Virus record (IMG/VR): IMGVR_UViG_3300013233_000246
Span: 1 to 64,000 of that record
DNA from: a virus
Length of the DNA: 64,000 nucleotides
Strand: one strand, 5' to 3'
Shown here: in pieces, positions 27,317 through 38,026 of the stretch
How the letters are laid out: every line of letters starts with the position of its first letter
Position numbering within the stretch: the first letter of the stretch is position 1
The notes under the pieces: model-generated
The model's input: only the letters and a program-made list of their open reading frames with translations
Database searches by the model: none
Told to the model about the DNA's origin: nothing
Program-made: the position numbers and the translations under genes

Positions 27317-30175
27317 ATGAGTTTTATAGTTAGAAATTTAACAGCGGGAGCAGTTCTACTTGATGATCTTGGTATAGAGATACCAGCCGCAACAGATTTT
27401 GATATGCTTGACGAATCTGCTAATGATGTACAAGCATCTGGTCAAACGGGTGGTGATTTAAATGTACAAGTAAATGCGGGCAGTCTGGTAGTTCTTGATC
27501 CAAGAGATGGATTGACACCATTATCACAAGCCGACAGTATTTTAGTAATACAATTGCATAATGATCCAAATTGGGGCATACATGGTGCTGTAATAAATGA
27601 TTTGGATGATGTTGATACTACTGGCGCAGTAACCGGCGATGTATTGCAAATTGGTGGAACAGGAAGTTTTACTGTTGTTACACCTTCCGTATTGGGTGGA
27701 AATATAGCACTGGGAGATTTAAGTGATGTTTCTGATTCTACTGGTCATACCCTTGGTGAATTCTATATTTTAGAAGGTAATGGTGCTGGTGGACATACCA
27801 TGGTTAATGGTGCAACAGACACCTCGCTTTTTGTTCCATTTTTAGAAGATACGACTGGTAATGTTGTTGGTGGTGGTACGCAAACAGATATAACACTTAC
27901 CTATAATGTTGCCACGAATAAGATGGATGTATCAATTGATGATAATTTTCTTAGGAATACAGGTGATACATTAGATTCTGGTACGTTGAATGTTGCATCC
28001 GGTGCATCATTAGTGGTAGCTGCTGGTGGAGATTTAATAATTACAGACCCTCCTGTTAATGGTACTGACGCCACAAATAAAGATTATGTAGATTCTGTTG
28101 CGCAGGGGGCTGACGTAAAAGATTCTGTTAGGGTTGCAACAACTCCGGCTGGTGGTGATTTGGGTGGAACTTATAATGCCACAGGTGGCACAGGTGGCAC
28201 AGGTAATATAACAGGAATCTCTGGAAATACCATAGATGGTGTCGTACTTGCCACAGGTGAGCGTATAATTGTAAAAGATCAAACAGATACTAGACAAAAC
28301 GGTATATATGTTGTAGCGTCAGTAGTAGCTTCACCTGCAACTTTAAATATTGAACGTGCAACAGACCATGATGGAACCCCTGCCAATGAAGTGTCTGCTG
28401 GTAATTTAGCTTTTGTTGAACAAGGAACATCCAACGCCAACACGAGCTGGATTGTAACAGGAACAGGAACATTAACATTAAACACAGATAACATTAACTG
28501 GACACAATTTTCTGGTTCCGGATCATTTACAGCAGGCGCTGGTTTGGGTTTATCTGGTACACAATTTTTCTTAGATGTTAATAACTTAACTGGCATTGCC
28601 GCAATAGGTACAGATGAAATCGCTTTTAATGATGTTACTGATAATACTACCAAGAAGCGGTCATTCAATAGTATAATTTCTGATCTTAATATTTTCACCA
28701 GTGGAAATCTGACTGCATCGGATGGTGTTTTAATAACTGCCGGCGGCGATATTCAATTGGATATTACTAACTTGCCCACAGCAGCAACACCTTCATTGTT
28801 GGCAGAAATGGTATTTGATGTTGGTGGCACAGGAACACACAATAAAGCAACCGTTGGTGATTTTTTCAATGGTTTGGATGTACCTTACAATATCACTACA
28901 AATGGCATATTGGCAAGAACTGCAAATGATACTTATGCGTCACGAACATTAACAGCATCTATTTCAGCTGGTGAACAAGGTACTACTATAACAAATGGTG
29001 ACGGTGTATTAGGAAACCCAATTATTGGTATTGATGTTACTGGTCTTAATCTTTCTAGTAATGTTATGGCATCTACAGATGAATTATTGATGTTTGATGG
29101 TACGAACAATGTTAAAGTTTCTGGTCAACAAGTAGCCGATGGCGTTTCTGCTATTCTTGGTGGTTTAGGTAATGCTTATACTACTATACAAGGTGACATT
29201 GGCACTGCTGTAGCAGGAAGTACAACAGATACATTAGCGTTTATTGGTGCTGTTAATGGTGGTATAGTAACGGTGGCAACGGATAGTGCGCCAGATACTG
29301 TTACTTTTGCATTTGATTTGCCAGATCTCGCTGGTGGTGTAGGAACAGTAGCATTGACCGATACGATTGCTGTTGGTGAAGGATTAAATACTGTAACTTA
29401 TACATTCCAGGATATGGTTACTGATTTGGGCATTCCTAGTGGTGTTGGATCATTAACTGGAATTATTGTTGGAGATGGAGCAGGTAATTACATTGTTCGT
29501 TCCATAGCGGTTGATGGAGCAGGTGCTTTGGATGGTATTGCTATCACCAATTCCACTGGTGTTGCTGCCAATCCAACGATAGGATTAGATATAAACGGTA
29601 ATGTTGCAGCAGCAGAAGATTTGGCGGCAACAGATAAAGTTATTGGATATAATACATCCGCAAATGCGAATCAGACATTTACTGGTCAAGAGGTTGCTAA
29701 TGGCGTTTCTACCATGTTAGGTCTTGGTGGATTGGCAGTTACTACAATAAATGCAAGTGTAGGTACACAGGATGTATTAACATTGGTTGATACATCAAGA
29801 GGTAATAAAATATTATCTATTGGTGATACTTCTGTCACATGGGCAGAAAACCGAGTTGGTAATAATGACTGGCTACAGATTGGATCTGCCGTAGATGCAA
29901 AATCAGGATATATAGTTCCACTCAATGCTACTATTGTAAAAGTAACAGCACACACTGAAAATAATAAAGGTCATACTAAACCTATATTATTGTATGTAAA
30001 TGGTGCACTTAACAGTACAATAGGTACATTTAACGGAGTCGCAGGTGAAGATACTTTTGAAGATGTAACGGTAGATATTAATGTTGCTGCTGGTGATAAA
30101 TTGCGTTTGCGTGGTGGAACAGGTGGGCGTATTGAAGATACTGTCATCACACTTTGGATCAAATGGCGAGGATAA
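27317..30175 (+). CDS. Virion fibre protein (Gly/Thr-rich)
   Basis: ATNKDYVD, VKDQTDTRQNGIY fibre modules; C-terminal tip ending WIKWRG. Confidence 0.8.
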   Translation: MSFIVRNLTAGAVLLDDLGIEIPAATDFDMLDESANDVQASGQTGGDLNVQVNAGSLVVLDPRDGLTPLSQADSILVIQLHNDPNWGIHGAVINDLDDVDTTGAVTGDVLQIGGTGSFTVVTPSVLGGNIALGDLSDVSDSTGHTLGEFYILEGNGAGGHTMVNGATDTSLFVPFLEDTTGNVVGGGTQTDITLTYNVATNKMDVSIDDNFLRNTGDTLDSGTLNVASGASLVVAAGGDLIITDPPVNGTDATNKDYVDSVAQGADVKDSVRVATTPAGGDLGGTYNATGGTGGTGNITGISGNTIDGVVLATGERIIVKDQTDTRQNGIYVVASVVASPATLNIERATDHDGTPANEVSAGNLAFVEQGTSNANTSWIVTGTGTLTLNTDNINWTQFSGSGSFTAGAGLGLSGTQFFLDVNNLTGIAAIGTDEIAFNDVTDNTTKKRSFNSIISDLNIFTSGNLTASDGVLITAGGDIQLDITNLPTAATPSLLAEMVFDVGGTGTHNKATVGDFFNGLDVPYNITTNGILARTANDTYASRTLTASISAGEQGTTITNGDGVLGNPIIGIDVTGLNLSSNVMASTDELLMFDGTNNVKVSGQQVADGVSAILGGLGNAYTTIQGDIGTAVAGSTTDTLAFIGAVNGGIVTVATDSAPDTVTFAFDLPDLAGGVGTVALTDTIAVGEGLNTVTYTFQDMVTDLGIPSGVGSLTGIIVGDGAGNYIVRSIAVDGAGALDGIAITNSTGVAANPTIGLDINGNVAAAEDLAATDKVIGYNTSANANQTFTGQEVANGVSTMLGLGGLAVTTINASVGTQDVLTLVDTSRGNKILSIGDTSVTWAENRVGNNDWLQIGSAVDAKSGYIVPLNATIVKVTAHTENNKGHTKPILLYVNGALNSTIGTFNGVAGEDTFEDVTVDINVAAGDKLRLRGGTGGRIEDTVITLWIKWRG

Positions 30176-30214
30176 AGTTTGTGGGGAATAATACCCCCAC
30201 AAAATTAAATAATA

Positions 30215-30718
30215 ATGAGTTTTATAATACGCAATATTTCTGGTGCGCCAATAGAAGTTGATGATATTGGTATACGTTTAGAGATTGGAGAAGATGTAAG
30301 TCTTGTTGAGGAAGCATCCAAAGATATTGCGGTATCCGATGATTTAATATTAGCGATACAGAATTCTGAAATTATTGTTTTGGATCCTCTTGATGGATTG
30401 ACGCCATTAACACAAGCCCAAAGTATTGAAGCGATTCGGGTTGCAAATGATCCTCATTTTAGGATTCATGGTGGTGAATTATCACAATTAGATGATGTGT
30501 CTAACACAGTACCACCTGATGGTTATGTATTGACGTATAATCAAATATTACAATTGTGGGAACCACAGGCAGGAGGGGGAAGTGGTGGACCAGCTGCATC
30601 ATGTTTCCCATTTTTTAAATCTGATGGTACGGAAGATGATATTAAAGTAACAGGCGGCCAATTTCCATTTTTTAAATCTGATGGTACACAAGATAATATA
30701 ATAATACAAATTTGTTAA
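30215..30718 (+). CDS. Short virion protein, paralog of the N-terminus of the preceding fibre; C-terminal tandem repeat
   Basis: MSFIIRN..DDIGI..VLDPLDGLTPL..NDPHFRIHG..LDDV; FPFFKSDGT twice. Confidence 0.7.
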   Translation: MSFIIRNISGAPIEVDDIGIRLEIGEDVSLVEEASKDIAVSDDLILAIQNSEIIVLDPLDGLTPLTQAQSIEAIRVANDPHFRIHGGELSQLDDVSNTVPPDGYVLTYNQILQLWEPQAGGGSGGPAASCFPFFKSDGTEDDIKVTGGQFPFFKSDGTQDNIIIQIC

Positions 30719-30727
30719 GGAATAAGA

Positions 30728-31624
30728 ATGGCAGATAAAATACCAGTACGGGCAAGATTTATAGGTACAGATGTAACCGCCTTGCAAGAATTTGAACCTA
30801 CAGATACAATTGCACTGTCAATTATATCTGGTTTCGCAGCTGGTGTAACTATAGAACTTGGCAATAATAGCATTGCTGCTTTGGCGGATGTTAATACACC
30901 TACACCAGCAAATAACGAAGTGTTGACTTTTAATAGTGGTACTGGTAAATGGGAAGCACAAGTATCTCCAGGAAATAGTGCTGCTATTTGGGGAAATATC
31001 ACAGGCACGTTATCAAATCAATTAGATTTACAATCAGTATTGGATACAAAGATTGAAACAGCTTCTAATGTTGGAACTGGTGATGGTGTATTTGCACAAA
31101 AAGTAGCACAGGATTTAGAATTAAAAACATTGGTAGCAGGTGAGAGTATCCAGATAACACCATCTGCAACAGAATTGTTGATTGATAGTAGAAGGGATAA
31201 ATTTTTTGCACATAACGGAGGAATTACCCAAACCTTTGGGAGTGGTCGTATAACTGTTTTGTTTCCAACAGTAGCTAGGAGTGATGCTGCATATACATAT
31301 AATTCTGGTGAAGTTACAATCAACACCGCCGGGTGGTATTTTATAGAATATCAAGTATCTGCTGATAACACAGGAAATTCAAGATCGACATCGGAGATAG
31401 GTGTTACGATAAATTCACTAACAACTTTCCAACCAGGGTCATTTGGATACGGATATCATAGAAATTCATCTGATGGCAAAGGTTCATTTACTGGTAGAAT
31501 ATTAGTACAATTATCAGTCAATGATATAATTCGTATTAGAATTCGTAGAGATGGTAGTGGATCTACATTAGAAACATTACCAGATGCTTGTAGATTGACA
31601 ATAATTAGTACGGGAGCACCATAA
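30728..31624 (+). CDS. Fibre/adhesin protein with C1q/TNF-like C-terminal domain
   Basis: LADV..EVLTFN...W; WGNITGTLSNQLDL; GEVTINTAGWYFIEY..VQLSVNDIIRI. Confidence 0.65.
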   Translation: MADKIPVRARFIGTDVTALQEFEPTDTIALSIISGFAAGVTIELGNNSIAALADVNTPTPANNEVLTFNSGTGKWEAQVSPGNSAAIWGNITGTLSNQLDLQSVLDTKIETASNVGTGDGVFAQKVAQDLELKTLVAGESIQITPSATELLIDSRRDKFFAHNGGITQTFGSGRITVLFPTVARSDAAYTYNSGEVTINTAGWYFIEYQVSADNTGNSRSTSEIGVTINSLTTFQPGSFGYGYHRNSSDGKGSFTGRILVQLSVNDIIRIRIRRDGSGSTLETLPDACRLTIISTGAP

Positions 31625-32439
31625 TGTCAGTAGAAGTAATTAAAACATTTACCACCACATGTTATGGAGCAGTGCACGATGCAATAAATAATGATGCAGC
31701 TTTTTCTGCTGTAACATTAGAACAAGTTGTAGCATCAGGTGGAACAACCACATCATTTTTCTTTAGCACTGTATTAACTGGACCGGAAGATATAGCGCTA
31801 GACAATTTATTGGCTGTGTGGGTATGCCCCCCTACTGTGTCACCGGACAGCCCTAATGGAACATTAGTATCCACAGAACTTGATACGGTAGATGTATCAG
31901 CAATAACAGAAGATTCATATATTATATATGATTTTTCCGCGAGTAAATGGGATATAATTCCAACTCCAACCAGTGGATCTTCTGGAAAACTATTACAGGT
32001 TAAAATGGGGGATATTCCTGCACAATCAGGCACCACCAAAATACCAAAAGATTCCTCAGTGCCATTAATAACAGAGGGGTCTGAAATATGGTCGCAAACT
32101 TTCACGCCAACAAATACCGCAAGCGTAATACGAATAAATACTAACGTGACTGCATCCTTCTCTGAAGATAAAAAGAATATAGTTTTTGCAGTTTTTCGGG
32201 ATAATGTGTGCATCGGAACAGCATTGCAAAATATAACTAAAAAGAAATCTGGATTTGTTGTATCATTATCTGTTACAGACTTACCTAATACTATAACTTC
32301 GGTTACGTATTCAGTAAGAGTGGGTAGAACTGGAAACAATGATGTGTGGTATATAAACGATATTCATAATACTCCAAATGCATTTGGTGGTACATTAATT
32401 AATAATGGATATTCTGTTGAAGAGTTGGAGATAATATAA
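31624..32439 (+). CDS. Putative virion fibre-associated protein
   Basis: GKLLQV..TFTPTNTASVIRI..VTYSVRVG beta-sandwich typical of fibre tips. Confidence 0.55.
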   Translation: MSVEVIKTFTTTCYGAVHDAINNDAAFSAVTLEQVVASGGTTTSFFFSTVLTGPEDIALDNLLAVWVCPPTVSPDSPNGTLVSTELDTVDVSAITEDSYIIYDFSASKWDIIPTPTSGSSGKLLQVKMGDIPAQSGTTKIPKDSSVPLITEGSEIWSQTFTPTNTASVIRINTNVTASFSEDKKNIVFAVFRDNVCIGTALQNITKKKSGFVVSLSVTDLPNTITSVTYSVRVGRTGNNDVWYINDIHNTPNAFGGTLINNGYSVEELEII

Positions 32440-33050
32440 TGCCAAACTATATAGAAATCATAGGTAGATGTTTTGATAGCGTAGAAGCTTCAGTTGTTCA
32501 AGGTGGTGATCCAACAATATATACGGATATTGTTTGGTCAAGTACACCAATCCCCCAAGCAACATTAGATGCTGGGGATTGTACTGGTTCGTTGGTAACA
32601 ACATCTGTCAATTTGGAATCTGGTGAGGGAATTATATTACCACTAACCTTTAATCATGAATCTACTGCTAAAAATAAATGGCTCTCTCATGAGGGGGATA
32701 CAGGACTATCAAGTGATGAAACACCAGCAATAATACCTTTTTCGTGTAAACTTGTTGGTATGACATTTAGCAATTCTAAAAATAGTGTTGAAACAGACGT
32801 TGAGGTATATCAAACACCGAAGAATAGTAGTACACGAACACTGGATTCGACTTGGCAAATAAGAGCGTCCAGGTCGGGATACAAAACGAATGTCGTAGAA
32901 ACTATCTTCGAAGCTGGATCAAAAATAGGAATATATCTTAGGGATAAGGGAACGGATCCGAAGAGAGTAGTGGTAATTTTATATGTTCAAATATTACAAC
33001 TACTACCAGAAGAAAATACAGAAGATTATACAACTTCTGATGATGATTAA
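32439..33050 (+). CDS. Putative virion fibre-associated protein
   Basis: C-terminal domain resembles the tip domain of 26822/27317 (W..IP...L.....F.AG.KI). Confidence 0.55.
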   Translation: MPNYIEIIGRCFDSVEASVVQGGDPTIYTDIVWSSTPIPQATLDAGDCTGSLVTTSVNLESGEGIILPLTFNHESTAKNKWLSHEGDTGLSSDETPAIIPFSCKLVGMTFSNSKNSVETDVEVYQTPKNSSTRTLDSTWQIRASRSGYKTNVVETIFEAGSKIGIYLRDKGTDPKRVVVILYVQILQLLPEENTEDYTTSDDD

Positions 33051-33061
33051 GAGGAAAAATA

Positions 33062-34015
33062 ATGTCACAAATAGTACGAATAAAGAACAACACTATCATT
33101 GATAAAAAATGGGCGGGTCAGTCGGTGTTAGCTGGTACATATTATGATATACCAGAATCGGAAATATCGGCTTGGAAAGATGATGATATGGTATTCACCG
33201 CTATAGCGAATGGAGACGTTATTGTTAACAAAGGCTCGGATATAACGGATGACATATTAGACATAACAGAAGCATGGAAATGGATGCTTGGCGATACATT
33301 ACCAATATCTTCACTTGGCAAACAACTATCAGTTCATTCTTCTACTAAACCGGAAGTTAACGGAAAAGAATTTTTCTTACAATGGACCGGAGCTGGTGAT
33401 GATGTAACTAATGGAATAATTGGGGAAGGAGAATTGCTTTCGTTTTCACTAACTCCCACCGATGCTTCAATAAGTAAAGAGATAAGATTTGATCCACAGT
33501 TTGGTGATACCTACATACATGAAGGATATGCAAAGTGGTATCATGATTTGAATGTATCTAATGGTGCAGGAGATTATATGTCAGCCATGATAGTTTCGGA
33601 TCCAACACAATTACAAACGGTTGCCAGTTTAGATTGTGTGATTGTAAATGATTGGGTTAAATATGCACCTGGTGGTGCGGGTACTGGTACACATGGTTTC
33701 GCCGCAACCCCCATATTAGTTCCTAGAGGATTTAGTAAAGATGGGGATTGGGATTATGATGGAACAAACCTCACACCAAATTTGTTAGGTACTGGTGGTT
33801 ATAATATATCTAGTGTTGAGAGAATTGTTCATAGATATATTAATAAAATACCTATGTGCTTTACTAGTAATTCATTCAACAGACTAACATCAGATGAAAC
33901 AGCATACTTACCACCAGGATATTTTATACGCGTAACAGCATTTAATGTATCTGCTTCCAATTGGAATTGTGCGTTTATGTTTGAAGTTTATAGGGAAAGA
34001 ACAGCAGTACCATAA
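33062..34015 (+). CDS. Putative virion structural protein
   Basis: GAGG RBS; within the fibre operon. Confidence 0.55.
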   Translation: MSQIVRIKNNTIIDKKWAGQSVLAGTYYDIPESEISAWKDDDMVFTAIANGDVIVNKGSDITDDILDITEAWKWMLGDTLPISSLGKQLSVHSSTKPEVNGKEFFLQWTGAGDDVTNGIIGEGELLSFSLTPTDASISKEIRFDPQFGDTYIHEGYAKWYHDLNVSNGAGDYMSAMIVSDPTQLQTVASLDCVIVNDWVKYAPGGAGTGTHGFAATPILVPRGFSKDGDWDYDGTNLTPNLLGTGGYNISSVERIVHRYINKIPMCFTSNSFNRLTSDETAYLPPGYFIRVTAFNVSASNWNCAFMFEVYRERTAVP

Positions 34016-34025
34016 GGAGAAATAT

Positions 34026-34448
34026 ATGTATAAATGTAAACATTTTATAATACAAGAACTAGTATCACCAGGAACTTTTCAAAAGCGTGGTGAAAAAGCA
34101 TGGCAATTATTGGACGACGGGATGCTGATGACATTAGATCGTTTGCGCGACAAATATGGCAAAATGACCGTCAATAATTGGAAATGGGGTGGTGATCGTG
34201 AATGGTCGTGTCTACGAACAGCAGATAGTCCATGGTTTAGCACATACAGCCAGCATTCTTTTGGTAGGGCAGCTGATATAATATTTGCTGATGTAACAGC
34301 AGAATCCGTACGGCAGGATATATTGGCAAATCCAGACGAATTTGCCTTTGAATTTATCAACAGTTTTGAAGAAAATACATCTTGGTTGCATTTTGACGTT
34401 AGAAATTGTGATAGAGTTCTTACATATCCAATACCTATGAAAAAATAG
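34026..34448 (+). CDS. Peptidase M15-type endolysin
   Basis: HFIIQELV, LR..SQHSFGRAADI, WLHFD zinc motifs; TAAGGAG RBS sets the start at 34026. Confidence 0.85.
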   Translation: MYKCKHFIIQELVSPGTFQKRGEKAWQLLDDGMLMTLDRLRDKYGKMTVNNWKWGGDREWSCLRTADSPWFSTYSQHSFGRAADIIFADVTAESVRQDILANPDEFAFEFINSFEENTSWLHFDVRNCDRVLTYPIPMKK

Positions 34449-34464
34449 TCTGTATACCACATGT

Positions 34465-34472
34465 GATAAATA
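34465..34472 (+). promoter_or_regulatory. Late promoter GATAAATA
   Basis: Late consensus in an intergenic gap. Confidence 0.65.
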
Positions 34473-34502
34473 CATGAAAGATATGTATTTAGGATAAATC
34501 GC

Positions 34503-37058
34503 ATGATAGTAAACTTTCAACAAGGTATTGTAAGCCACCAAGATGGTGGATTTTTGCAGGTTAATGGGGCTGTTGTTGGCATATTGGCCACCAACCGTCC
34601 TACCACCATTACAGTAGCGCACAGGCAGACAAATTATACACATTCAGAAGATTTGGCGCTGCCTGCTGCATGGATTGGACCATTCACGGAAATCAATTAT
34701 TGGCTGTACTGGGATTTTAACCCATTAGATTTCACTAGGACTTTTGGTAAAACAAGCCTAGAACCTGTAGCACAATCCATACCACCTGGTTCTGGAAATA
34801 CGGATATTTTTGATGTCGTTGATGGTGCCGCAGGTATTGGTAAATTTATTGTTGAAGGGAAATTCGTTCTACCCATCAATAAGCCATTTGCGGTTTTAAA
34901 CTCTACGGGCAATAATGGTTCATATACTGTTTTGGGAACCATTTATGATGCAAATACTGGACGAACCACAATAACAGTAAATGAAACAGTTCCTGATCCC
35001 GTGGCTGACGGTGAAGTAACCTTAGATATTGATTCTTCAGGCAATCCATTGTTTGTTGATGGACGCCATTGGTTTGATACGTCTACAAATAAGCATTATA
35101 TTCTCAATGGAACGCTGTGGCAGGAAGTAATACGTGTATTTGCTGCACAATTAATTAATGGTGTAACTTTAATAAGCTTTAGTCAGAATTCTGCCCTTGG
35201 TGATTTCACGGGAACGCAAATAGGTAGTAACGTACAAGTCCCTTCTGGAAGGATTTTGTTTGGCGAAGCAAGCAATCCAATACGTAGAGATAATGGAACA
35301 TTTTTCACAACAGAAGATCAGTTTTTCACAAATCAATCTCGCGTTGATGCGTTGCGTTTAGAATCTAATGTTACGCGGGCACAATCTATAGAAGGTACGA
35401 TACTTTCCCAATTTAGCATTGTGGCGTGGACAAATGATGGTCAAGTAACATCTGCGCAATATGATGATACGGGAAATACCGTTCTTGGTATTCTCACAGA
35501 AACAATACAAAATTTAGAAGTTGGAGCAATAATAACACAAGGATCTGTTACCAATCCTGATTGGAATTGGACTGGTGGAATAGATCCTATTCCTGTTGGT
35601 AGTCAATTGTGGGTACAGAATGGACAATTAGTAACATCAAATCCAAACTTGAGTGACCCAATAACATACCCTGTACCCCATGTGCCAGTAGCACGGGTGT
35701 TGGATAAAGATACTATTATTTTTGAACAAGGTCTTGGAGGAGTTGGTCCACGAGGTCCAATAGGTAGTATTAGTAATTTACCAATTGCAGATACTACGGA
35801 TGCGGGCGCTGTAACATTATTAACACCTTCATCCAATTCATTGCGTGGCATTGTAATTAGTGATACAGATTTTAGGTTGACCAATGCTCGACAACCATTG
35901 TCACATTCACATCAAGCATCCGATATAGGATTTATTCCTGGTAGTGGTATTATATCTTCCGATGTTCAGAATGGTATGTTGGAGTTGGGAGCTGGTAAAT
36001 TGGATTTGATTGGTGGTACTATGACAGGACCACTTACATTATTTGCTAATCCATCCAATCCATTAGAAGCTGCAAATAAACAATATGTAGATAATTTAGT
36101 ATCTGGTCTTATTTGGTTAGAACCTGTAGATTTAATTGACATGGTTTCGGATGCAGTAACTACACCGCCAACAAGTCCACAGCTGGGAGAAGCATATATA
36201 ATTCCGTCTGGTGCAACGGGTGCATGGTCAGCAATAGCACAAGGAAACGTAACATCGTGGGATGGCACGGCATGGCAGGATTTGGGTGCAGTTTCTACTT
36301 TTGACGCTTCGCCAAGATTTGGTATTGCATTTTTTGTTTCTGCGACTCCATCGGGTTCTTTTGCTGGTAGAAAAAATGATATAGTAACATATTCTGGTTC
36401 TACCTTAAGTGGGTTTGAAACCCCAATATCAAACAATGCCATATTTGTTCGTTCATCATTGTCTTCAAATGCGTTTAAACGATATGCGTTTAATGGAACT
36501 TCTTGGATATTGTTTAGTAGTGGTCAAAATTTAACAGCCGACGGAACTACAATAGAATTCAATACTAATGTGGTGAGTGTTAAGCCATTTGGCGCTGGCG
36601 GTACTGTTGATGCAGAATTGTGGCAAGGGTTACAACCAACGGATCTTGCTACAGTATATGCCCCTATTGTACATACACACACAATACCATATGATTTTGG
36701 TTTCTTTATAACAGGTCCCATACAACCGAGCGTTCTTGTCGGTTCATTTATGGTTACAAGACCAATATCGGTTAAGTCACCAGCCGCTGAAAGTATAGCA
36801 TATGCTAAAGTTGCTTCTACGGCTTCTTACACACTTGATATAGTACATGAAATACCAACTGTTAGTACAACAACCGTTGGTACAATTAATTTTCAAGCAG
36901 GTATTAATTATGGTATAATAACATGGGGATTTGATACTTCATTCTCCGCAGGTGATTTATTGCAAATAGCAACTCCATCGGGTACACCAGACAGTACTTT
37001 AGGAGAAATAACAATCACAATAGTTGGTTGTGCGTTGGCTTCAACCTGTACATTATAA
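34503..37058 (+). CDS. Fibre/virion protein; N-terminal domain shared with 41678
   Basis: NFQQGIV, YWLYWD, FFTTEDQF, AANKQYVD. Confidence 0.72.
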   Translation: MIVNFQQGIVSHQDGGFLQVNGAVVGILATNRPTTITVAHRQTNYTHSEDLALPAAWIGPFTEINYWLYWDFNPLDFTRTFGKTSLEPVAQSIPPGSGNTDIFDVVDGAAGIGKFIVEGKFVLPINKPFAVLNSTGNNGSYTVLGTIYDANTGRTTITVNETVPDPVADGEVTLDIDSSGNPLFVDGRHWFDTSTNKHYILNGTLWQEVIRVFAAQLINGVTLISFSQNSALGDFTGTQIGSNVQVPSGRILFGEASNPIRRDNGTFFTTEDQFFTNQSRVDALRLESNVTRAQSIEGTILSQFSIVAWTNDGQVTSAQYDDTGNTVLGILTETIQNLEVGAIITQGSVTNPDWNWTGGIDPIPVGSQLWVQNGQLVTSNPNLSDPITYPVPHVPVARVLDKDTIIFEQGLGGVGPRGPIGSISNLPIADTTDAGAVTLLTPSSNSLRGIVISDTDFRLTNARQPLSHSHQASDIGFIPGSGIISSDVQNGMLELGAGKLDLIGGTMTGPLTLFANPSNPLEAANKQYVDNLVSGLIWLEPVDLIDMVSDAVTTPPTSPQLGEAYIIPSGATGAWSAIAQGNVTSWDGTAWQDLGAVSTFDASPRFGIAFFVSATPSGSFAGRKNDIVTYSGSTLSGFETPISNNAIFVRSSLSSNAFKRYAFNGTSWILFSSGQNLTADGTTIEFNTNVVSVKPFGAGGTVDAELWQGLQPTDLATVYAPIVHTHTIPYDFGFFITGPIQPSVLVGSFMVTRPISVKSPAAESIAYAKVASTASYTLDIVHEIPTVSTTTVGTINFQAGINYGIITWGFDTSFSAGDLLQIATPSGTPDSTLGEITITIVGCALASTCTL

Positions 37059-37068
37059 GGATATATAA

Positions 37069-38019
37069 ATGCCAATACAGGTAATTACAACATATAAGAG
37101 AATACCACCATCACCAGTCACATTAAAAAGTGCTGGTGATGATATATTCCCTATTTGTGATGTAACCATATTTCTTACTGCCATAGTGGATAATATACCT
37201 AATTTAAATCAAGGACATACTATATTGTGGGAGCAATTGAGTGGCACACCCGTAACCTTGATAAATCCAGATCAGCAAGTTGCATCATATTTACAAATAC
37301 CACTAGATGAGACAGATAAGGAATTTCGCGTAACAATAGATAAATTTTTTCCTGAAGAACAAAGTTCTACGGTTACTGTTTATGCAACGCCAACATCTAT
37401 AGCCACAACTAAATTTTGGGTAGATTCAAAAAATTTCACACCAGCAACGCCTGTGGATTTTAACACAATTAATGTGACTACATCTGCACAAATACCTGAA
37501 CCACTGGGGGTAAGAAATAATAACGTTACACCCATAGAAATATTTAAGATATTTTGGGATATTCCACCAGATATAATATTGCAACCATTTTTGACACAAA
37601 TGACATTGTTTGAGAATGATATTCCAGTGGCTACATATTTACCTACTGATTTATTGGAATATTTAGGTGGACCAAACGTATACAATGTTTCGTCTGACTA
37701 TATCGTTAATGGCCAACCATCTACGGCAAATAGTAGAAAGAAAGATTTTTTTGGAACAGTTGTTCCAAAAACTAAAGCAATAGATGACATATTTGATGGC
37801 ATTGCATTTACATCGGATACTATATTGACAATTTTTACAAATAATATACAATCCCAAGAATCCATTATGCCAACATCAAGTTTGCCACCAAATGATACAA
37901 ATGTAGTAAGATTCATAAATAATAGTAGACAACTTGACCAATCACCAGTATATTCTTCATTTACTACTGGATCGTCAACAATATTTCGTTCTGACCCTGG
38001 TGGTATAGGCGGAGGATAA
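37069..38019 (+). CDS. Virion protein with PKD/Ig-like N-domain
   Basis: AGDD..WEQLSGTPVTL. Confidence 0.55.
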   Translation: MPIQVITTYKRIPPSPVTLKSAGDDIFPICDVTIFLTAIVDNIPNLNQGHTILWEQLSGTPVTLINPDQQVASYLQIPLDETDKEFRVTIDKFFPEEQSSTVTVYATPTSIATTKFWVDSKNFTPATPVDFNTINVTTSAQIPEPLGVRNNNVTPIEIFKIFWDIPPDIILQPFLTQMTLFENDIPVATYLPTDLLEYLGGPNVYNVSSDYIVNGQPSTANSRKKDFFGTVVPKTKAIDDIFDGIAFTSDTILTIFTNNIQSQESIMPTSSLPPNDTNVVRFINNSRQLDQSPVYSSFTTGSSTIFRSDPGGIGGG

Positions 38020-38026
38020 AGGAAAA

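Noticed and set aside
30178-30203. GTGGGG..CCCCAC hairpin as an intrinsic terminator
   Set aside because: It lacks a following U-tract on the coding strand, so it is more likely a stabilising or processing hairpin; not called.
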